This document shows, piece by piece, positions 26,017 through 37,054 of a stretch of 64,000 bases of DNA (positions are counted from its first letter, which is position 1; every line of letters starts with the position of its first letter). The translations under genes were made by a program, and so were the position numbers. The notes beneath the pieces were generated by a model. The model searched no databases. It worked only from the letters and a program-made list of their open reading frames with translations, and had not been told where the DNA came from. Origin of the DNA: Alistipes sp. (GTDB lineage: Bacteria > Bacteroidota > Bacteroidia > Bacteroidales > Rikenellaceae); contig JAFULF010000008.1 in NCBI GenBank assembly GCA_017483225.1, forward strand, positions 50,927 to 114,926, given 5' to 3'.

Positions 26017-26048
26017 AGAGGTGTTCCACGTGGAACACCTCTTTCGTT
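26017..26048. terminator. hairpin terminator between ilvE (+) and mnmG (-), containing palindrome copy 2
   Basis: AGAGGTGTTCCACGTGGAACACCTCT (perfect 12-bp stem) followed by TTCGTTT. Confidence 0.7.
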
Positions 26049-27928
26049 TATCTTCCAAAACGGACCAGAAGAACGTTTACATCTGCCGGCGAGACTCCCG
26101 GAATACGGGAGGCCTGCCCGATGGTTGTTGGTCGTATGCGTTCAAGTTTCTGGCGAGCCTCAATGGTCAGCGACTGCATCGACATATAGTCGAAATTCGC
26201 CGGAATCGAGATATCCTCCAAGCGGTGCAACTTCTCGGCAACCAACCTCTCTCGCTCGATATATCCGCTATACTTAATCTCTATCTCCGCCAACTCTATA
26301 ATCTCGTCGCCAATACCCTGCTCCTCGATGAATCTCCGCAACTTTGGCAGAACCTTCACCAGTCCTGCAAGTGTAATTTCGTTGCGCAGAACGAAGTCGA
26401 ATATCTTTCTACCCTGCGAAATCGGAGGCAATCCGAGCGAAATTAAATACTCCTGAATTTCCGATATTTTTATGCTTTGTGAACGAGTGTACTGAATAAG
26501 CGATTCTAAAAGCGATTTTTTTTCGACAAATTTTTGGTATCTCGCCTCGGAGATAAGGCCCAATTTATAACCCAACGGAGTGAGTCTTTGGTCGGCATTG
26601 TCTTGGCGCAGCAGGATTCGGTACTCGGCACGAGAGGTAAACATACGATATGGTTCATCAACGCCCTTGGTTACAAGGTCGTCAATCAGCACGCCGATAT
26701 ATGCCTCGTCACGATGCAGAACGACCGGCTCCAACCCCTTGACTCGGCGATGTGCGTTTATGCCGGCAAGCAGGCCCTGTGCTGCCGCCTCTTCGTAGCC
26801 GGTAGTGCCGTTCACTTGACCCGCAAAGTACAGATTATCAACCACTTTGCTCTCCAAGGAGTGCCAAAGTTGTGTCGGCGGGAAGTAGTCATACTCGATA
26901 GCATATCCGGGGCGATACACGTGGACATCTTCCAGTCCCGAAATCTTGTGCAGCGCATCGAGTTGCACCTCGTATGGCAACGACGACGAGAAGCCGTTCA
27001 GGTAGTACTCGTTGGTATCCCTACCCTCCGGTTCGAGGAAGAGCTGGTGTTGCTCCTTGTCGGCAAAGGTGCGGAGCTTGTCCTCGATGCTTGGGCAGTA
27101 TCGAGGGCCGATGCCTTTGATTGTTCCGTTGAAGAGTGGCGAGTCGTCAAAGCCGGTGCGTAGGGTGTCGTGCACCTGCTGTGAGGTATAGACGAGGAAG
27201 CACGGCAACTGCTCCTTTACAGGCTCGGTACTATCTGAGAATGAGAACTTTGATGGCTTTTCGTCACCATATTGAGGCTCCAACGCCTCGAAGTTTATGG
27301 TGCGTGCATCCAGACGTGCAGGTGTGCCGGTCTTCATACGTCCGCTCTCGATTCCGACGCTCTGCAAGGCCTCCGTGATTCCACGCACGGCGGCATCTCC
27401 CGCACGGCCTCCCGAGGCGTTGGAGCGACCGCAGTGCATCAATCCGGAGAGGAATGTTCCGGCGGTAAGTATTATCGTGTCGGCCTCAAAGAGCACCCCC
27501 ATTTGCGTTTTTACGCCCGTTACACGGGGTTTATCGCCACTTTGGTCGAAGAGTATATCTACGGCGGAATCCTGCCAAATATAGAGGTTTTGGGTGTTCT
27601 CCAAGCGGTGCCGCCACTCGGCCGAGAAGCGGCTCTTGTCGCACTGCGCACGAGGGCTCCACATAGCCGCACCCTTCGAGCGGTTGAGCATACGGAACTG
27701 TATGGTGGTCAGGTCGGTGACCTCTCCCATCTCGCCTCCCAGAGCATCTATCTCCCTCACAATCTGTCCCTTGGCAACGCCACCCACGGCGGGGTTGCAG
27801 GACATAGAGGCCATCTTGGTCATATCCATCGTGAGTAGCAGCGTGCGGGAGCCAAGTCGTGCCGCCGCCGAAGCAGCCTCACATCCGGCGTGTCCCGCCC
27901 CGACAACTATAACGTCAAATCTCTCCAT
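26048..27928 (-). CDS. mnmG: tRNA uridine-5-carboxymethylaminomethyl synthesis enzyme MnmG (GidA)
   Basis: FAD-binding motif DVIVVGAGHAGCEA and strong conservation throughout. I chose the start at MERFD so it does not overlap ybeY; the alternative ATG is at 27937. Confidence 0.93.
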   Translation of the reverse strand: MERFDVIVVGAGHAGCEAASAAARLGSRTLLLTMDMTKMASMSCNPAVGGVAKGQIVREIDALGGEMGEVTDLTTIQFRMLNRSKGAAMWSPRAQCDKSRFSAEWRHRLENTQNLYIWQDSAVDILFDQSGDKPRVTGVKTQMGVLFEADTIILTAGTFLSGLMHCGRSNASGGRAGDAAVRGITEALQSVGIESGRMKTGTPARLDARTINFEALEPQYGDEKPSKFSFSDSTEPVKEQLPCFLVYTSQQVHDTLRTGFDDSPLFNGTIKGIGPRYCPSIEDKLRTFADKEQHQLFLEPEGRDTNEYYLNGFSSSLPYEVQLDALHKISGLEDVHVYRPGYAIEYDYFPPTQLWHSLESKVVDNLYFAGQVNGTTGYEEAAAQGLLAGINAHRRVKGLEPVVLHRDEAYIGVLIDDLVTKGVDEPYRMFTSRAEYRILLRQDNADQRLTPLGYKLGLISEARYQKFVEKKSLLESLIQYTRSQSIKISEIQEYLISLGLPPISQGRKIFDFVLRNEITLAGLVKVLPKLRRFIEEQGIGDEIIELAEIEIKYSGYIERERLVAEKLHRLEDISIPANFDYMSMQSLTIEARQKLERIRPTTIGQASRIPGVSPADVNVLLVRFGR

Positions 27929-27930
27929 AA

Positions 27931-28380
27931 TCAACACTCTTTTTCTGCCAGCATACGGTCAAACATCGCCAGGTACTTATCCTCCTTGGCGTGCATCTGA
28001 CGCTCGGCACGTGGGCTCTTATCCTTCTGTCCGCAGAGGTGCAACACTCCGTGTACAACTACACGTAGCATCTCACGTCGTGCCGTCGTGCCATATATGC
28101 GGGCGTTGTCGGCCACCGTCTCCACGTCGATAAAGATATCGCCGGCGATATACCCCTCCCGCAGGTCGCTGTCGTCGAAGGTTATGATGTCGGTAAAGTA
28201 GTCGTGCCCCAGAAACTCGATGTTCATCTGGCGATGTCGTGCTCCCGAGCAGAAGATGTAGTTTATCTCCGCCACGGAGTAGCCCCCCTCGGCCTCAGCC
28301 ACGGCTCGCAACCACTTGCGAATCAATCTCTTATCTTTTAGACGATAGCGACAATCGTCGGTGTGATATACTATATCCAT
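27931..28380 (-). CDS. ybeY: rRNA maturation RNase YbeY
   Basis: Zinc motif HGVLHLCGQKD; 149 aa. Confidence 0.88.
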   Translation of the reverse strand: MDIVYHTDDCRYRLKDKRLIRKWLRAVAEAEGGYSVAEINYIFCSGARHRQMNIEFLGHDYFTDIITFDDSDLREGYIAGDIFIDVETVADNARIYGTTARREMLRVVVHGVLHLCGQKDKSPRAERQMHAKEDKYLAMFDRMLAEKEC

Positions 28381-28382
28381 TG

Positions 28383-29513
28383 TTACTTGTTATTAAAGCA
28401 GGTTGATGCCTTTACGGTGATATTTGGCGATGGTGCGTAGATGCCGAAGACGATTTTGTACTCGATATTCATCGTCGTCGGGTCCACCGAGTGGCCTATC
28501 ACGCCAATTTGTTGGTCACGCTTCACGACGCTGTTCTTGGCCACCGACACCGCCGAGAGGTTTGCGTATGAGGTGATGTACTCGCCGTGGGCAATAAACA
28601 CGTCGTACTTGTTATTGACCTTGTTACGCTTGATTTCCACCACTTTACCATCATATATGCTGATGACCTTTGCCCCCTCTTTTCCGCACACTTCGGCCAT
28701 ATTACCCTTGTATTGCTTGACCCTTCCGCCAACTACCGGCAGGTGCAGGTTGGAGGTCTTATTCGAGAACGAGGCGCCCTCCTTGTTACCCTTTGTCAGT
28801 TTGCGCAGCTGCTTGATTGCCGCTTCGAGTTTCTCCTGCTGCTCCACCTTTGATTGCAGCACGCTCTTCTCCTTCTTGGTCATCTTGTCACGCTCACGCT
28901 TCGCCTCGTTGCGGTCACGGCGCAGCTTCTCTCGCTCTCGGTCGAGCCGCTTCTTGGCCGCCGCAGCCTCCTCACGCTTCTTGTCCAACTCCTCACGCTC
29001 TCGGCGCACATCCTCCCTCACGGATACGATGCGCTTCATCTGCTCGCTACGACGCTCGGTAGCTATGCGCAGCGATGCCAGACGGCGGGCAAAATCGGCT
29101 GTGGATGAGGATGATAGCAGATATGTGAGGGTGTTGTTGAAGCGGTAGTTGCGGTACGCCGCACGAGCCATCTCGGCGCAACTCCTCTCCAACGTGGAGT
29201 GCTGTCCCGACAACTCGTCTATGCGTACCGAGGAGGCGGCAATCTCACGATTCAACTCTTTGAGTTGGCGGTTTGTGGCATTTATCAGGGCATTGCGCTG
29301 TTCAATCTGTCGTATTAGCGAGTTTACCAGCTTCTGCTTCGAGGCCTTGTTCTTTTTCAGCGAGGCGAGTTCACGCTCCTCCTTCGCTATGCTCGCTTCG
29401 AGTTTTGCGATTATACGACGCTGCTCCTCCACCTTGCTCGTCTGTGCTACAAGGGTCGAGGTTGCCATCAGGGTCAGTATCAGGGCAAGTATCAGGTTTT
29501 TCAGTCGTTGCAT
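28383..29513 (-). CDS. murein hydrolase activator EnvC-like protein (coiled coil plus degenerate M23/LytM domain)
   Basis: Signal peptide, about 220 aa of Lys/Glu/Arg-rich coiled coil, and a C-terminal LytM-like beta domain (GHSVDPTT...). Confidence 0.7.
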   Translation of the reverse strand: MQRLKNLILALILTLMATSTLVAQTSKVEEQRRIIAKLEASIAKEERELASLKKNKASKQKLVNSLIRQIEQRNALINATNRQLKELNREIAASSVRIDELSGQHSTLERSCAEMARAAYRNYRFNNTLTYLLSSSSTADFARRLASLRIATERRSEQMKRIVSVREDVRREREELDKKREEAAAAKKRLDREREKLRRDRNEAKRERDKMTKKEKSVLQSKVEQQEKLEAAIKQLRKLTKGNKEGASFSNKTSNLHLPVVGGRVKQYKGNMAEVCGKEGAKVISIYDGKVVEIKRNKVNNKYDVFIAHGEYITSYANLSAVSVAKNSVVKRDQQIGVIGHSVDPTTMNIEYKIVFGIYAPSPNITVKASTCFNNK

Positions 29514-29519
29514 AGGGCT

Positions 29520-31262
29520 CTATTTTGTCGTTTTGGGGCCGCCTTGGGCCGCCTCTTTCCGCTCTCGTTGTCTTTTTATTCGTTCATCTATCTTGGAGGC
29601 ATCATACCCACGCTCCAACGCCTTGCGCCAATAGGTCTGTGCCATAAACTCCTCGCCCAGCGCATCGAGAATATCTCCGTAGTGGAGAGCCAGCTCCGCC
29701 GAGGCATCCCTATCCAGCGACATTGCCTGCTGCATATACCGCTTTGCCTCCTCGTACTCCCCCATCCGATAGAGCACCCACGCCAGCGTGTCGAGGAATG
29801 TGGAGTTGTTCTGCGAGAGTGTTGTCGCACGGCGGGCCATCTCCAAGGCTCGCTCCAAGTTGCGCCCCTCCACCGCCAGGAAGTAGGCGTAGTTGTTCAG
29901 TACGGAGGTATTGTCCGGATAGAGTCTTAGCGACTTGTCAAACGCCTTGTAGGCACGCTTCACCTCTCCTATGTTGTGCTCCGCATCGCCTATGTAGCCC
30001 CAAAGACGGCTGCGCAGGGTGTCGTTTTGGGCATATTTGAGAGCCTCACGATAGGATGTTATAGCTTCGTTGTGACGGGCAGCCATAGCGTGAAGATGGC
30101 CCCGTGTGGCCTTCAAATCCCCATCCGTCGGGAAGTGTTCGAGCGCAAGGTCGAGATATACCTCCACGCTGTCGCTGCGGCCGAGGTAGTTTTCGAGTTC
30201 TATAATCTGCACCAACCTCTCTCGTGAGGGGTTGCTGCGGTTGAGTAGCCGCTTCAACACATCCGTTGCCGTTGCCACCTGTCCGGAGGCTATCAGATGA
30301 CGGGCGTATAACTCCGCCACCTCTCGGTCGTCGGGGTAGTTGATGGCGAGTTTGCCCGCCAGAGCATCTATCTGAGCGAAGTTGTTGCGGTAGAAGGCGA
30401 TGTTTGAGGTGAGCGCTTTGAACTGCTCCCTCTTCTGCTCCACGGGGAGGCTTTTGTTATCGAAGAGGCGGCCTACGATGCCCAAATATGCGCTGTAATT
30501 GCGTCGGCGGAGGAAGTAGTCCCCCAGAGCAAGCCACGACTGTATGGCGGTAGAATCGGCCTTTATCGCCTTGGAGTAGGATGCACGAGCCAACGAGTCA
30601 CGCCCCGTTGCTGCATATAACTCCGCAAGCAGCAGATGGTTGTCCGAGAGGTATGGAGCCTCCTCAACAAGTTGCAGGGCCTCCCTCTCCGCCTTCTCGA
30701 ACTGCTTGGTGGTGATGTATAGTTGCTGGCGCATACGGCTCAACTGGGGAATACGCCCGAAGCGTATCTCTGCCGAGTCGAGTACCGCTATGGCGGAGAA
30801 GTGCCGCTGGTCGGACTCGTAGAGCAGGGCGAGGATGCGGAAGTAGTCCGGCTCGTTGCTCCTCTTGGTCAGCTCCGAGTAGTACTCTACCGCCTCCCTG
30901 TACCGGCGACTGCGCACCAACGCCTCGGCCGCTGCGGCGAGGTAGTGGTGGTTCTCCTTGTCTGCATTGTAGGCCGCAAGGGCCGCCTCTGTTGCCCGGG
31001 CCTGATTTGTCGCCACACGTGACAGGAGGTGGTTTGCCGGCGCATATAACGAATCAACAGCGAGGGCCTCCACGCTCAAACGCCGAGCCTCCACGCTGTC
31101 GCCATATATCACCAGACGCTTCACAGCATCGGTGTAGAGGTTTAGTTTACGGAGTGAGTCGGGTTGGTTGGCTGTTGGCGCAGAGCCTTGCTGCGGACCC
31201 TTCGTGAAACCGCAGAAGAGCAATGTTGCCACCAAACCATAAACCGCCCACCTTATACGCAT
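29520..31262 (-). CDS. tetratricopeptide (TPR) repeat protein
   Basis: 580 aa of repeated A..Y..A/L...P 34-residue units with an N-terminal signal-like segment. Confidence 0.65.
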   Translation of the reverse strand: MRIRWAVYGLVATLLFCGFTKGPQQGSAPTANQPDSLRKLNLYTDAVKRLVIYGDSVEARRLSVEALAVDSLYAPANHLLSRVATNQARATEAALAAYNADKENHHYLAAAAEALVRSRRYREAVEYYSELTKRSNEPDYFRILALLYESDQRHFSAIAVLDSAEIRFGRIPQLSRMRQQLYITTKQFEKAEREALQLVEEAPYLSDNHLLLAELYAATGRDSLARASYSKAIKADSTAIQSWLALGDYFLRRRNYSAYLGIVGRLFDNKSLPVEQKREQFKALTSNIAFYRNNFAQIDALAGKLAINYPDDREVAELYARHLIASGQVATATDVLKRLLNRSNPSRERLVQIIELENYLGRSDSVEVYLDLALEHFPTDGDLKATRGHLHAMAARHNEAITSYREALKYAQNDTLRSRLWGYIGDAEHNIGEVKRAYKAFDKSLRLYPDNTSVLNNYAYFLAVEGRNLERALEMARRATTLSQNNSTFLDTLAWVLYRMGEYEEAKRYMQQAMSLDRDASAELALHYGDILDALGEEFMAQTYWRKALERGYDASKIDERIKRQRERKEAAQGGPKTTK

Positions 31263-31283
31263 CCTCCTCGAAAAGAAATTTGT

Positions 31284-32324
31284 TTACAAAACACTGTCAA
31301 ACTGGTGCAGGAAGCGCACATCGTTCTCGAAGTAGAGGCGCAGGTCCTTGACACCGAATTTGAGCATCGCAATACGTTCAACTCCCATACCAAAGGCAAA
31401 GCCGGAGTACTTGTTAGGGTCGATATTGTTGGCTATAAGCACGTTAGGGTCCACCATTCCGCAGCCCAGAATCTCCAACCAACCGGTACCCTTACATACA
31501 GGGCAGCCCTTGCCACCGCAGAGGTTGCACGATACATCCACCTCGGCCGAAGGCTCTGTGAATGGGAAGTACGACGGACGCATACGAATCTGTGTGCTCT
31601 CGCCGAAGAGCTCCTTGGCGAAGTAGAGCAACGACTGTTTGAGGTCGGCAAACGATACGTTCTTGTCGATATAAAGACCCTCCACCTGATGGAAGATGCA
31701 GTGTGCACGGTACGAGATGGCCTCATTGCGGAATACACGGCCCGGGCAGATTACACGGATAGGTGGTTGCTGCTTCTCCATCGTGCGAACCTGAATTGAG
31801 GAGGTGTGGGTACGCAACAGGATGTCGTTCACGTTTGGCTCGTTGCACATCTTCTCGATGAAGAAGGTGTCCTGCATATCACGTGCCGGGTGCTCCGGCG
31901 GGAAGTTGAGCGACGAGAATACGTGGCGGTCATCCTCAATCTCGGGGCCCTCCGCAACGGTGTATCCCAGACGGGCGAAAATCTCGATGATTTCATTCTT
32001 TACCAGCGAGATAGGGTGTCGTGAGCCGAGTTGCTCGGCTGTGCCCGGACGTGACATATCGCCGATTTTGGTGTCGTCGGCCACCTTGGATGCAAACTCC
32101 TCTTTGAGGGTGTTGATTTTGTTCAATGTGGTCTGTTTTAGGCCGTTGATGCGCTGTCCATACTCACGCTTCAACTCCGGAGCTACGCTCTTGAACTCCT
32201 CCATCAGGGCTGTAAGTTCGCCCTTCTTGCCCATCATCTTGATACGAAACTCCTCAATCTCGGCAGATGTCTGTGGTTGAAACTCCTCAACCTGTTTCAA
32301 CAGTTCGTTAATCTTGTTGTTCAT
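31284..32324 (-). CDS. pheS: phenylalanine--tRNA ligase alpha subunit
   Basis: Start trimmed to MNNKINELLKQVEE. Class II motifs are present: FRNEAISYRAHCIFHQVEG and GFAFGMGVERIAML. Confidence 0.92.
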   Translation of the reverse strand: MNNKINELLKQVEEFQPQTSAEIEEFRIKMMGKKGELTALMEEFKSVAPELKREYGQRINGLKQTTLNKINTLKEEFASKVADDTKIGDMSRPGTAEQLGSRHPISLVKNEIIEIFARLGYTVAEGPEIEDDRHVFSSLNFPPEHPARDMQDTFFIEKMCNEPNVNDILLRTHTSSIQVRTMEKQQPPIRVICPGRVFRNEAISYRAHCIFHQVEGLYIDKNVSFADLKQSLLYFAKELFGESTQIRMRPSYFPFTEPSAEVDVSCNLCGGKGCPVCKGTGWLEILGCGMVDPNVLIANNIDPNKYSGFAFGMGVERIAMLKFGVKDLRLYFENDVRFLHQFDSVL

Positions 32325-32419
32325 ATATTTTGTGTTAATTTCTCCCGTTTTTATACTCCGTATAAAGTGCAAAATTGCTACTAAAACGCAAAGTTACAAA
32401 AAATAGGGATAATTACAAC

Positions 32420-32455
32420 AAAAAAATAGATAGGACTTCCGCAGAGGCCCTATCC
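32420..32455 (-). terminator. intrinsic terminator after murA
   Basis: On the - strand: GATAGGGC-CTCTGCGGAA-GTCCTATC (one G-U) followed by TATTTTTTT. Confidence 0.6.
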
Positions 32456-32480
32456 ATTCTCTATTAACGACTATCCGCTA

Positions 32481-33791
32481 CTACTCCTCCAAGCGGATTA
32501 TGTTTGCTCCGATAGCATTCAGACGACCCTCGATGTTGCGATAGCCTCGGTCAATCTGGTCGATATTCTGTATCGTGCTGACACCCTCGGCGCTCATTGC
32601 GGCAATGAGCAGGGCGACACCGGCACGAATATCCGGCGAGGTCATACGTGCGGCACGCAGCTGCGTGTTGTGGTCCTGTCCGATGACCACCGCACGGTGT
32701 GGGTCGCAAAGCACAATCTGCGCACCCATATCTATCAGTTTATCAACGAAGAAGAGGCGACTCTCGAACATCTTCTGGTGAATCAGCACCGTACCCTTTG
32801 CCTGCGTTGCCACCACCAGAAATACCGATAGCAGGTCGGGCGTGAGTCCCGGCCACGGAGCATCGGCGATGGTCATAATCGAGCCGTCGATGAAGCTCTC
32901 GATGCGGTAGTGGTCTTGCTGCGGGATGTAGATGTCGTCGCCACGGCGTTCCAACTCTATGCCCAGACGGGCAAACTGCGCCGGAATGATTCCGAGGTCG
33001 TCGAAAGATACATCCTTGATTGTGAGTGCCGAGCGGTTCATTGCCGCCATACCGATAAACGAGCCCACCTCAATCATATCGGGCAGCAGGCGGTGCGACG
33101 TTCCTCCCAGAGCCTCCACGCCCTCGATTTCGAGCAGGTTGGAGCCTATGCCGGAGATGCGTGCACCCATACGGTTGAGCATCTTGCAGAGTTGTTGCAG
33201 GTATGGCTCGCAGGCGGCGTTGTAGATTGTCGTCTTACCCTCGGCAAGCACCGATGCCATAACGATATTGGCGGTACCCGTCACCGAGGCCTCGTCGAGC
33301 AACATATAACACCCTTTCAGTCGCTTTGCCCTCACCGAGAAGAAGTTCTCGGCGGCATCGAAGTCGAACTCTGCACCCAACTTCTGGAATCCGATGAAGT
33401 GGGTGTCGAGGCGACGACGGCCAATTTTGTCGCCTCCCGGCTTCGGGATATATCCCACACCGAAGCGTGTGAGCAGCGGGCCGATAATCATCACCGAGCC
33501 ACGCAGGCGGGTGCAGCGACGGCTGAAATCCTCGCTATGGAGATAGTCGAGGTCTATGTCGGCGGCACAGAACGAGTATTTATCCTCCGACAGACGCTCC
33601 ACATTCACACCCATCGCCCCCAGCAGCTCGATAAGCTGCACGACGTCGAGTATCTGCGGGATGTTGTCGATTACGACCTTCTCCGACGTAAGCAGCGTTG
33701 CACATATAACCTGTAACGCCTCATTTTTAGCACCTTGCGGAGTTATCTCGCCACAAAGGCGGCGACCTCCTTCTACTTTGAATACTGCCAT
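32481..33791 (-). CDS. murA: UDP-N-acetylglucosamine 1-carboxyvinyltransferase
   Basis: MAVFKVEGGRRLCGEITPQGAKNEALQ... is the canonical MurA N-terminus. The alternative upstream ATG is at 33809. Confidence 0.92.
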   Translation of the reverse strand: MAVFKVEGGRRLCGEITPQGAKNEALQVICATLLTSEKVVIDNIPQILDVVQLIELLGAMGVNVERLSEDKYSFCAADIDLDYLHSEDFSRRCTRLRGSVMIIGPLLTRFGVGYIPKPGGDKIGRRRLDTHFIGFQKLGAEFDFDAAENFFSVRAKRLKGCYMLLDEASVTGTANIVMASVLAEGKTTIYNAACEPYLQQLCKMLNRMGARISGIGSNLLEIEGVEALGGTSHRLLPDMIEVGSFIGMAAMNRSALTIKDVSFDDLGIIPAQFARLGIELERRGDDIYIPQQDHYRIESFIDGSIMTIADAPWPGLTPDLLSVFLVVATQAKGTVLIHQKMFESRLFFVDKLIDMGAQIVLCDPHRAVVIGQDHNTQLRAARMTSPDIRAGVALLIAAMSAEGVSTIQNIDQIDRGYRNIEGRLNAIGANIIRLEE

Positions 33792-34068
33792 AACGCTCTC
33801 TTGTTTCACTATCTTCTACAAAGATAGCGATTGTTTTGTGAAAAATCAACCCCCTTCGGTGCGATGTTTGCTTTTTAGAAACAGTTTGGAATTTATTTGC
33901 TTCATTCTTTTGCGCTCTTTACGGCTCTTTTCTCGCATAATCTTCGTCACATAGGAACTCCTATGCACCTTGAATCACACGAAAAAACAGCCACAAAATA
34001 GCTGTAAAATGATTTTGCAAATAAAATTCAAATAGTTTCTTATTCCCCACAACCAAAAATTTTATAAG

Positions 34069-35382
34069 ATGAAAATTTCAAAAATTTATGCTCGTGAGAT
34101 TCTTGATTCTCGTGGAAACCCTACCCTCGAAGTGGATGTTGTTACGGAGCGTGGCTTTATAGGCAGGGCCTCGGTGCCGAGTGGAGCCTCGACGGGAAGC
34201 CGTGAGGCGGTGGAGCTGCGTGACGGCGATATGCATCGCTACGGCGGACGAGGCGTTCATCGGGCGGTGCAGAGTATCAAGGATAAGATTGCCGACTCCC
34301 TGATTGGCTATGAGGTGACGGCGCAGGCGGCGATAGATGCTACGCTGATAGGTATGGATGGCACCTCCAACAAGTCGCACCTTGGGGCTAATGCTACCCT
34401 CGGCGTGTCGCTGGCTGTGGCGAAGGCGGCGGCAAATAGTTGCGGGATGCCCCTCTATCGCTATCTGGGCGGGGTGGATACCTGCCTGATGCCCGTTCCG
34501 ATGATGAACATCATAAACGGAGGGGCGCACTCCGATGCCCCGATAGCCTTTCAGGAGTTTATGATTCGCCCCGTGGGTGCGCACTCGTTCCACAATGCGT
34601 TGCGTATGGGTGTCGAGCTCTTTCACGCCCTGCGTGCCATACTCAAACACCGTGGCCTCTCCACCTCGGTTGGCGATGAGGGCGGCTTTGCACCCCACTT
34701 CAAGGGTACGGAGGATGCGCTGGAAACCATTATGAGGGCGACGGAGAGTGCCGGATATGTGCCGGGCAGGGATATCACCCTTGCGCTGGATTGTGCCGCC
34801 TCGGAGTTCTATTCCGAAGGGGTCTATGATTACTCTCGCTTTGAGGGAGGGTCGGGTGTAAAGCGTGATGCACACGGGCAGATAGAGTACCTGCAACACC
34901 TTGTCGATGCCTACCCGATAGACTCCATCGAGGATGGTATGGCAGAGGATGATTGGGAGGGGTGGAGAGCTCTGACCAAGGCCATTGGCGACCGTTGCCA
35001 ACTCGTTGGCGATGACCTCTTTGTGACCAACGTGGAGTTTATACGGCGGGGCATAGAGCAGCGGTGTGCCAACGCTCTGCTTGTGAAGCCCAACCAGATA
35101 GGAACCCTCACCGAGACGATGGAGGCGGTGCGTCTGGCTCGGGCGAGCGGCTACGCCACCATAATATCCCACCGCTCGGGCGAGACCGAGGATACGACAA
35201 TCGCCGACCTGGCCGTCGCAACATCCTCCGGACAGATTAAGTGCGGCTCACTCTCCCGCACTGACCGTCTGGCCAAGTATAATCGACTGTTGAGGATAGA
35301 GGAGTCGTTAGGCTCCGTGGCTAAATACCCGTTGCACGAGCGGCGTTGCTGCGACCACGAAGCAGTAACATCCCGAGCATAG
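34069..35382 (+). CDS. eno: enolase (phosphopyruvate hydratase)
   Basis: [24 protein letters not shown]..., [31 protein letters not shown]. The last ~20 codons form an atypical tail that overlaps the convergent symporter gene. Confidence 0.93.
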   Translation: MKISKIYAREILDSRGNPTLEVDVVTERGFIGRASVPSGASTGSREAVELRDGDMHRYGGRGVHRAVQSIKDKIADSLIGYEVTAQAAIDATLIGMDGTSNKSHLGANATLGVSLAVAKAAANSCGMPLYRYLGGVDTCLMPVPMMNIINGGAHSDAPIAFQEFMIRPVGAHSFHNALRMGVELFHALRAILKHRGLSTSVGDEGGFAPHFKGTEDALETIMRATESAGYVPGRDITLALDCAASEFYSEGVYDYSRFEGGSGVKRDAHGQIEYLQHLVDAYPIDSIEDGMAEDDWEGWRALTKAIGDRCQLVGDDLFVTNVEFIRRGIEQRCANALLVKPNQIGTLTETMEAVRLARASGYATIISHRSGETEDTTIADLAVATSSGQIKCGSLSRTDRLAKYNRLLRIEESLGSVAKYPLHERRCCDHEAVTSRA

Positions 35383-36790
35383 TGAGCAAAGCGTTGATAA
35401 TCAGCAGCTCATAGCCGAACTTATATCCGCCAAACCACCGCTCCGAGTTGAGTTGCAGGACCAGACACAGGAGCGGTGCCGTGATGGCGACGACGGCCAA
35501 CCCTCGCCGACGAATCTGCCAAGGGGTAAAGATGCCGAAGGCGAAGATGCCAAGGATGGGGCCATAGGTATAACTTGCAAGCGTGAAGACGGCATCTATG
35601 ACAGAGCCGTTGTTGAGGTGTTGGAGCAGGCACAGAAGCACGAACATCGCCACGGCGACGGAGGTGTGTATCACCCTGCGTGTGCGAGCGAGCGAGCGGT
35701 CGTCGTCCCTCTCCTTGCCCAGAATATCAATCGTGAAGGAGGTGGTCAGTGCCGTCATTGCCGAGCCGGCAGCCGAGTATGTCGAGGCTATAAGCCCGAC
35801 GACAAAGAGCACGCCGACCACCGCAGGCATAGCCTCGGATGTAGCCACCGCAGGGAGCATATTGTCTGCACCCTCGGGGAGCGAGATGCCCGTCTGCTCC
35901 GCAAAGGTGTATAGCACCACACCCAGCAGCAGCAGTATGAAGATTATGAGGGTTTGGAGCAGGGTCGAGAGCAGCAGGTTGCGCTGTGCCTCCCCCTTTG
36001 TGCGGCAGGCGAGCGAGCGCTGCATCATATCTTGGTCAAGCCCCGTCATCGCTATAACGGTAAATATGCCCGCCAGAAACTGCTTGAAGAAGTAGCGGCG
36101 ACTGTTTACATCCTCCGTGTAGAATATTTGCGACATACGGCTCTCACGTATCGTTGTCACCATATCGCCCACGCTCCAACCGAGGCTTCCGGCGACGATG
36201 CTCGTGCAGAGCAGGGTGCTTGCAATGAGGGTTACGGTCTTCAATACATCGGTGAAAATCACAGACTTAACACCACCACGATAGGTACACGCCAGAACGA
36301 GCACCAGCGTCAGTGCCGCATTGACGACAAACGGCACACCAAGAGGCTCGAAGGCGAGTAGTTGCAGCACGAAGCAGGCGATGAAGAGGCGTACCGAGGC
36401 GCCGAGCAGCTTCGAGATGAAGAAGAGCCACGCCCCCACGACGTATGCCTCACGGCCGAAGCGGCGGTTCAGATACTCGTATATCGAGACCGAATCGGAG
36501 CGGAAGAAGAGCGGCACGAGCAGGTATGCGATGACCAGATACCCCACCATAAAGCCGAATGCCATCTGCATATAGGAGAAACCCTCCGAGGCGACCATAC
36601 CCGGAACAGATACGAAGGTTACGCCCGAGATTGCACCACCGACCATCGAGAGCATCACCACCCATCTGTTTGAGGAGCGGTTGCCGAGGAAGAAGGTGTT
36701 GTTGTCGGCACGGCGGCCTGCGTAGCGAGCGGTGGCGACCATAGCGACAACGTATGCAATGACGGTGGCAAGGACGATATATGGGTTCAT
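35321..36790 (-). CDS. sodium:solute symporter family transporter
   Basis: 489 aa with about 13 hydrophobic spans and SSF-like N-terminal organisation. Substrate is unknown. Confidence 0.7.
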   Translation of the reverse strand: MNPYIVLATVIAYVVAMVATARYAGRRADNNTFFLGNRSSNRWVVMLSMVGGAISGVTFVSVPGMVASEGFSYMQMAFGFMVGYLVIAYLLVPLFFRSDSVSIYEYLNRRFGREAYVVGAWLFFISKLLGASVRLFIACFVLQLLAFEPLGVPFVVNAALTLVLVLACTYRGGVKSVIFTDVLKTVTLIASTLLCTSIVAGSLGWSVGDMVTTIRESRMSQIFYTEDVNSRRYFFKQFLAGIFTVIAMTGLDQDMMQRSLACRTKGEAQRNLLLSTLLQTLIIFILLLLGVVLYTFAEQTGISLPEGADNMLPAVATSEAMPAVVGVLFVVGLIASTYSAAGSAMTALTTSFTIDILGKERDDDRSLARTRRVIHTSVAVAMFVLLCLLQHLNNGSVIDAVFTLASYTYGPILGIFAFGIFTPWQIRRRGLAVVAITAPLLCLVLQLNSERWFGGYKFGYELLIINALLTMLGMLLLRGRSNAARATGI

Positions 36791-36793
36791 AGC

Positions 36794-37054
36794 TTATGGT
36801 ACGGGGTCATAGCCACTGCCTCCCCACGGGTGACAGCGGGCAATACGTTTCAGAGTCAGCCATCCCCCCTTAAACACTCCGTGTTTACGCAGTGCCTCGA
36901 TGGCATATTGTGAGCAGGTGGGTGTAAATCTGCACGCCGCAGGAGTGAGTGGCGATATGCAGAGTTGGTAGAACCGCACGAGTGCTATGAATGGCAGTGC
37001 CAACAACCGCTTACAGGTTGCCCGCAATGTTTTGAAGAACTCGCTTGACTCCAT
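36794..37054 (-). CDS. yidD: membrane protein insertion efficiency factor YidD
   Basis: [19 protein letters not shown]...[13 protein letters not shown]. The annotated ATG overlaps rnpA by 44 nt, so the true start may be an internal non-ATG codon. Confidence 0.85.
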   Translation of the reverse strand: MESSEFFKTLRATCKRLLALPFIALVRFYQLCISPLTPAACRFTPTCSQYAIEALRKHGVFKGGWLTLKRIARCHPWGGSGYDPVP

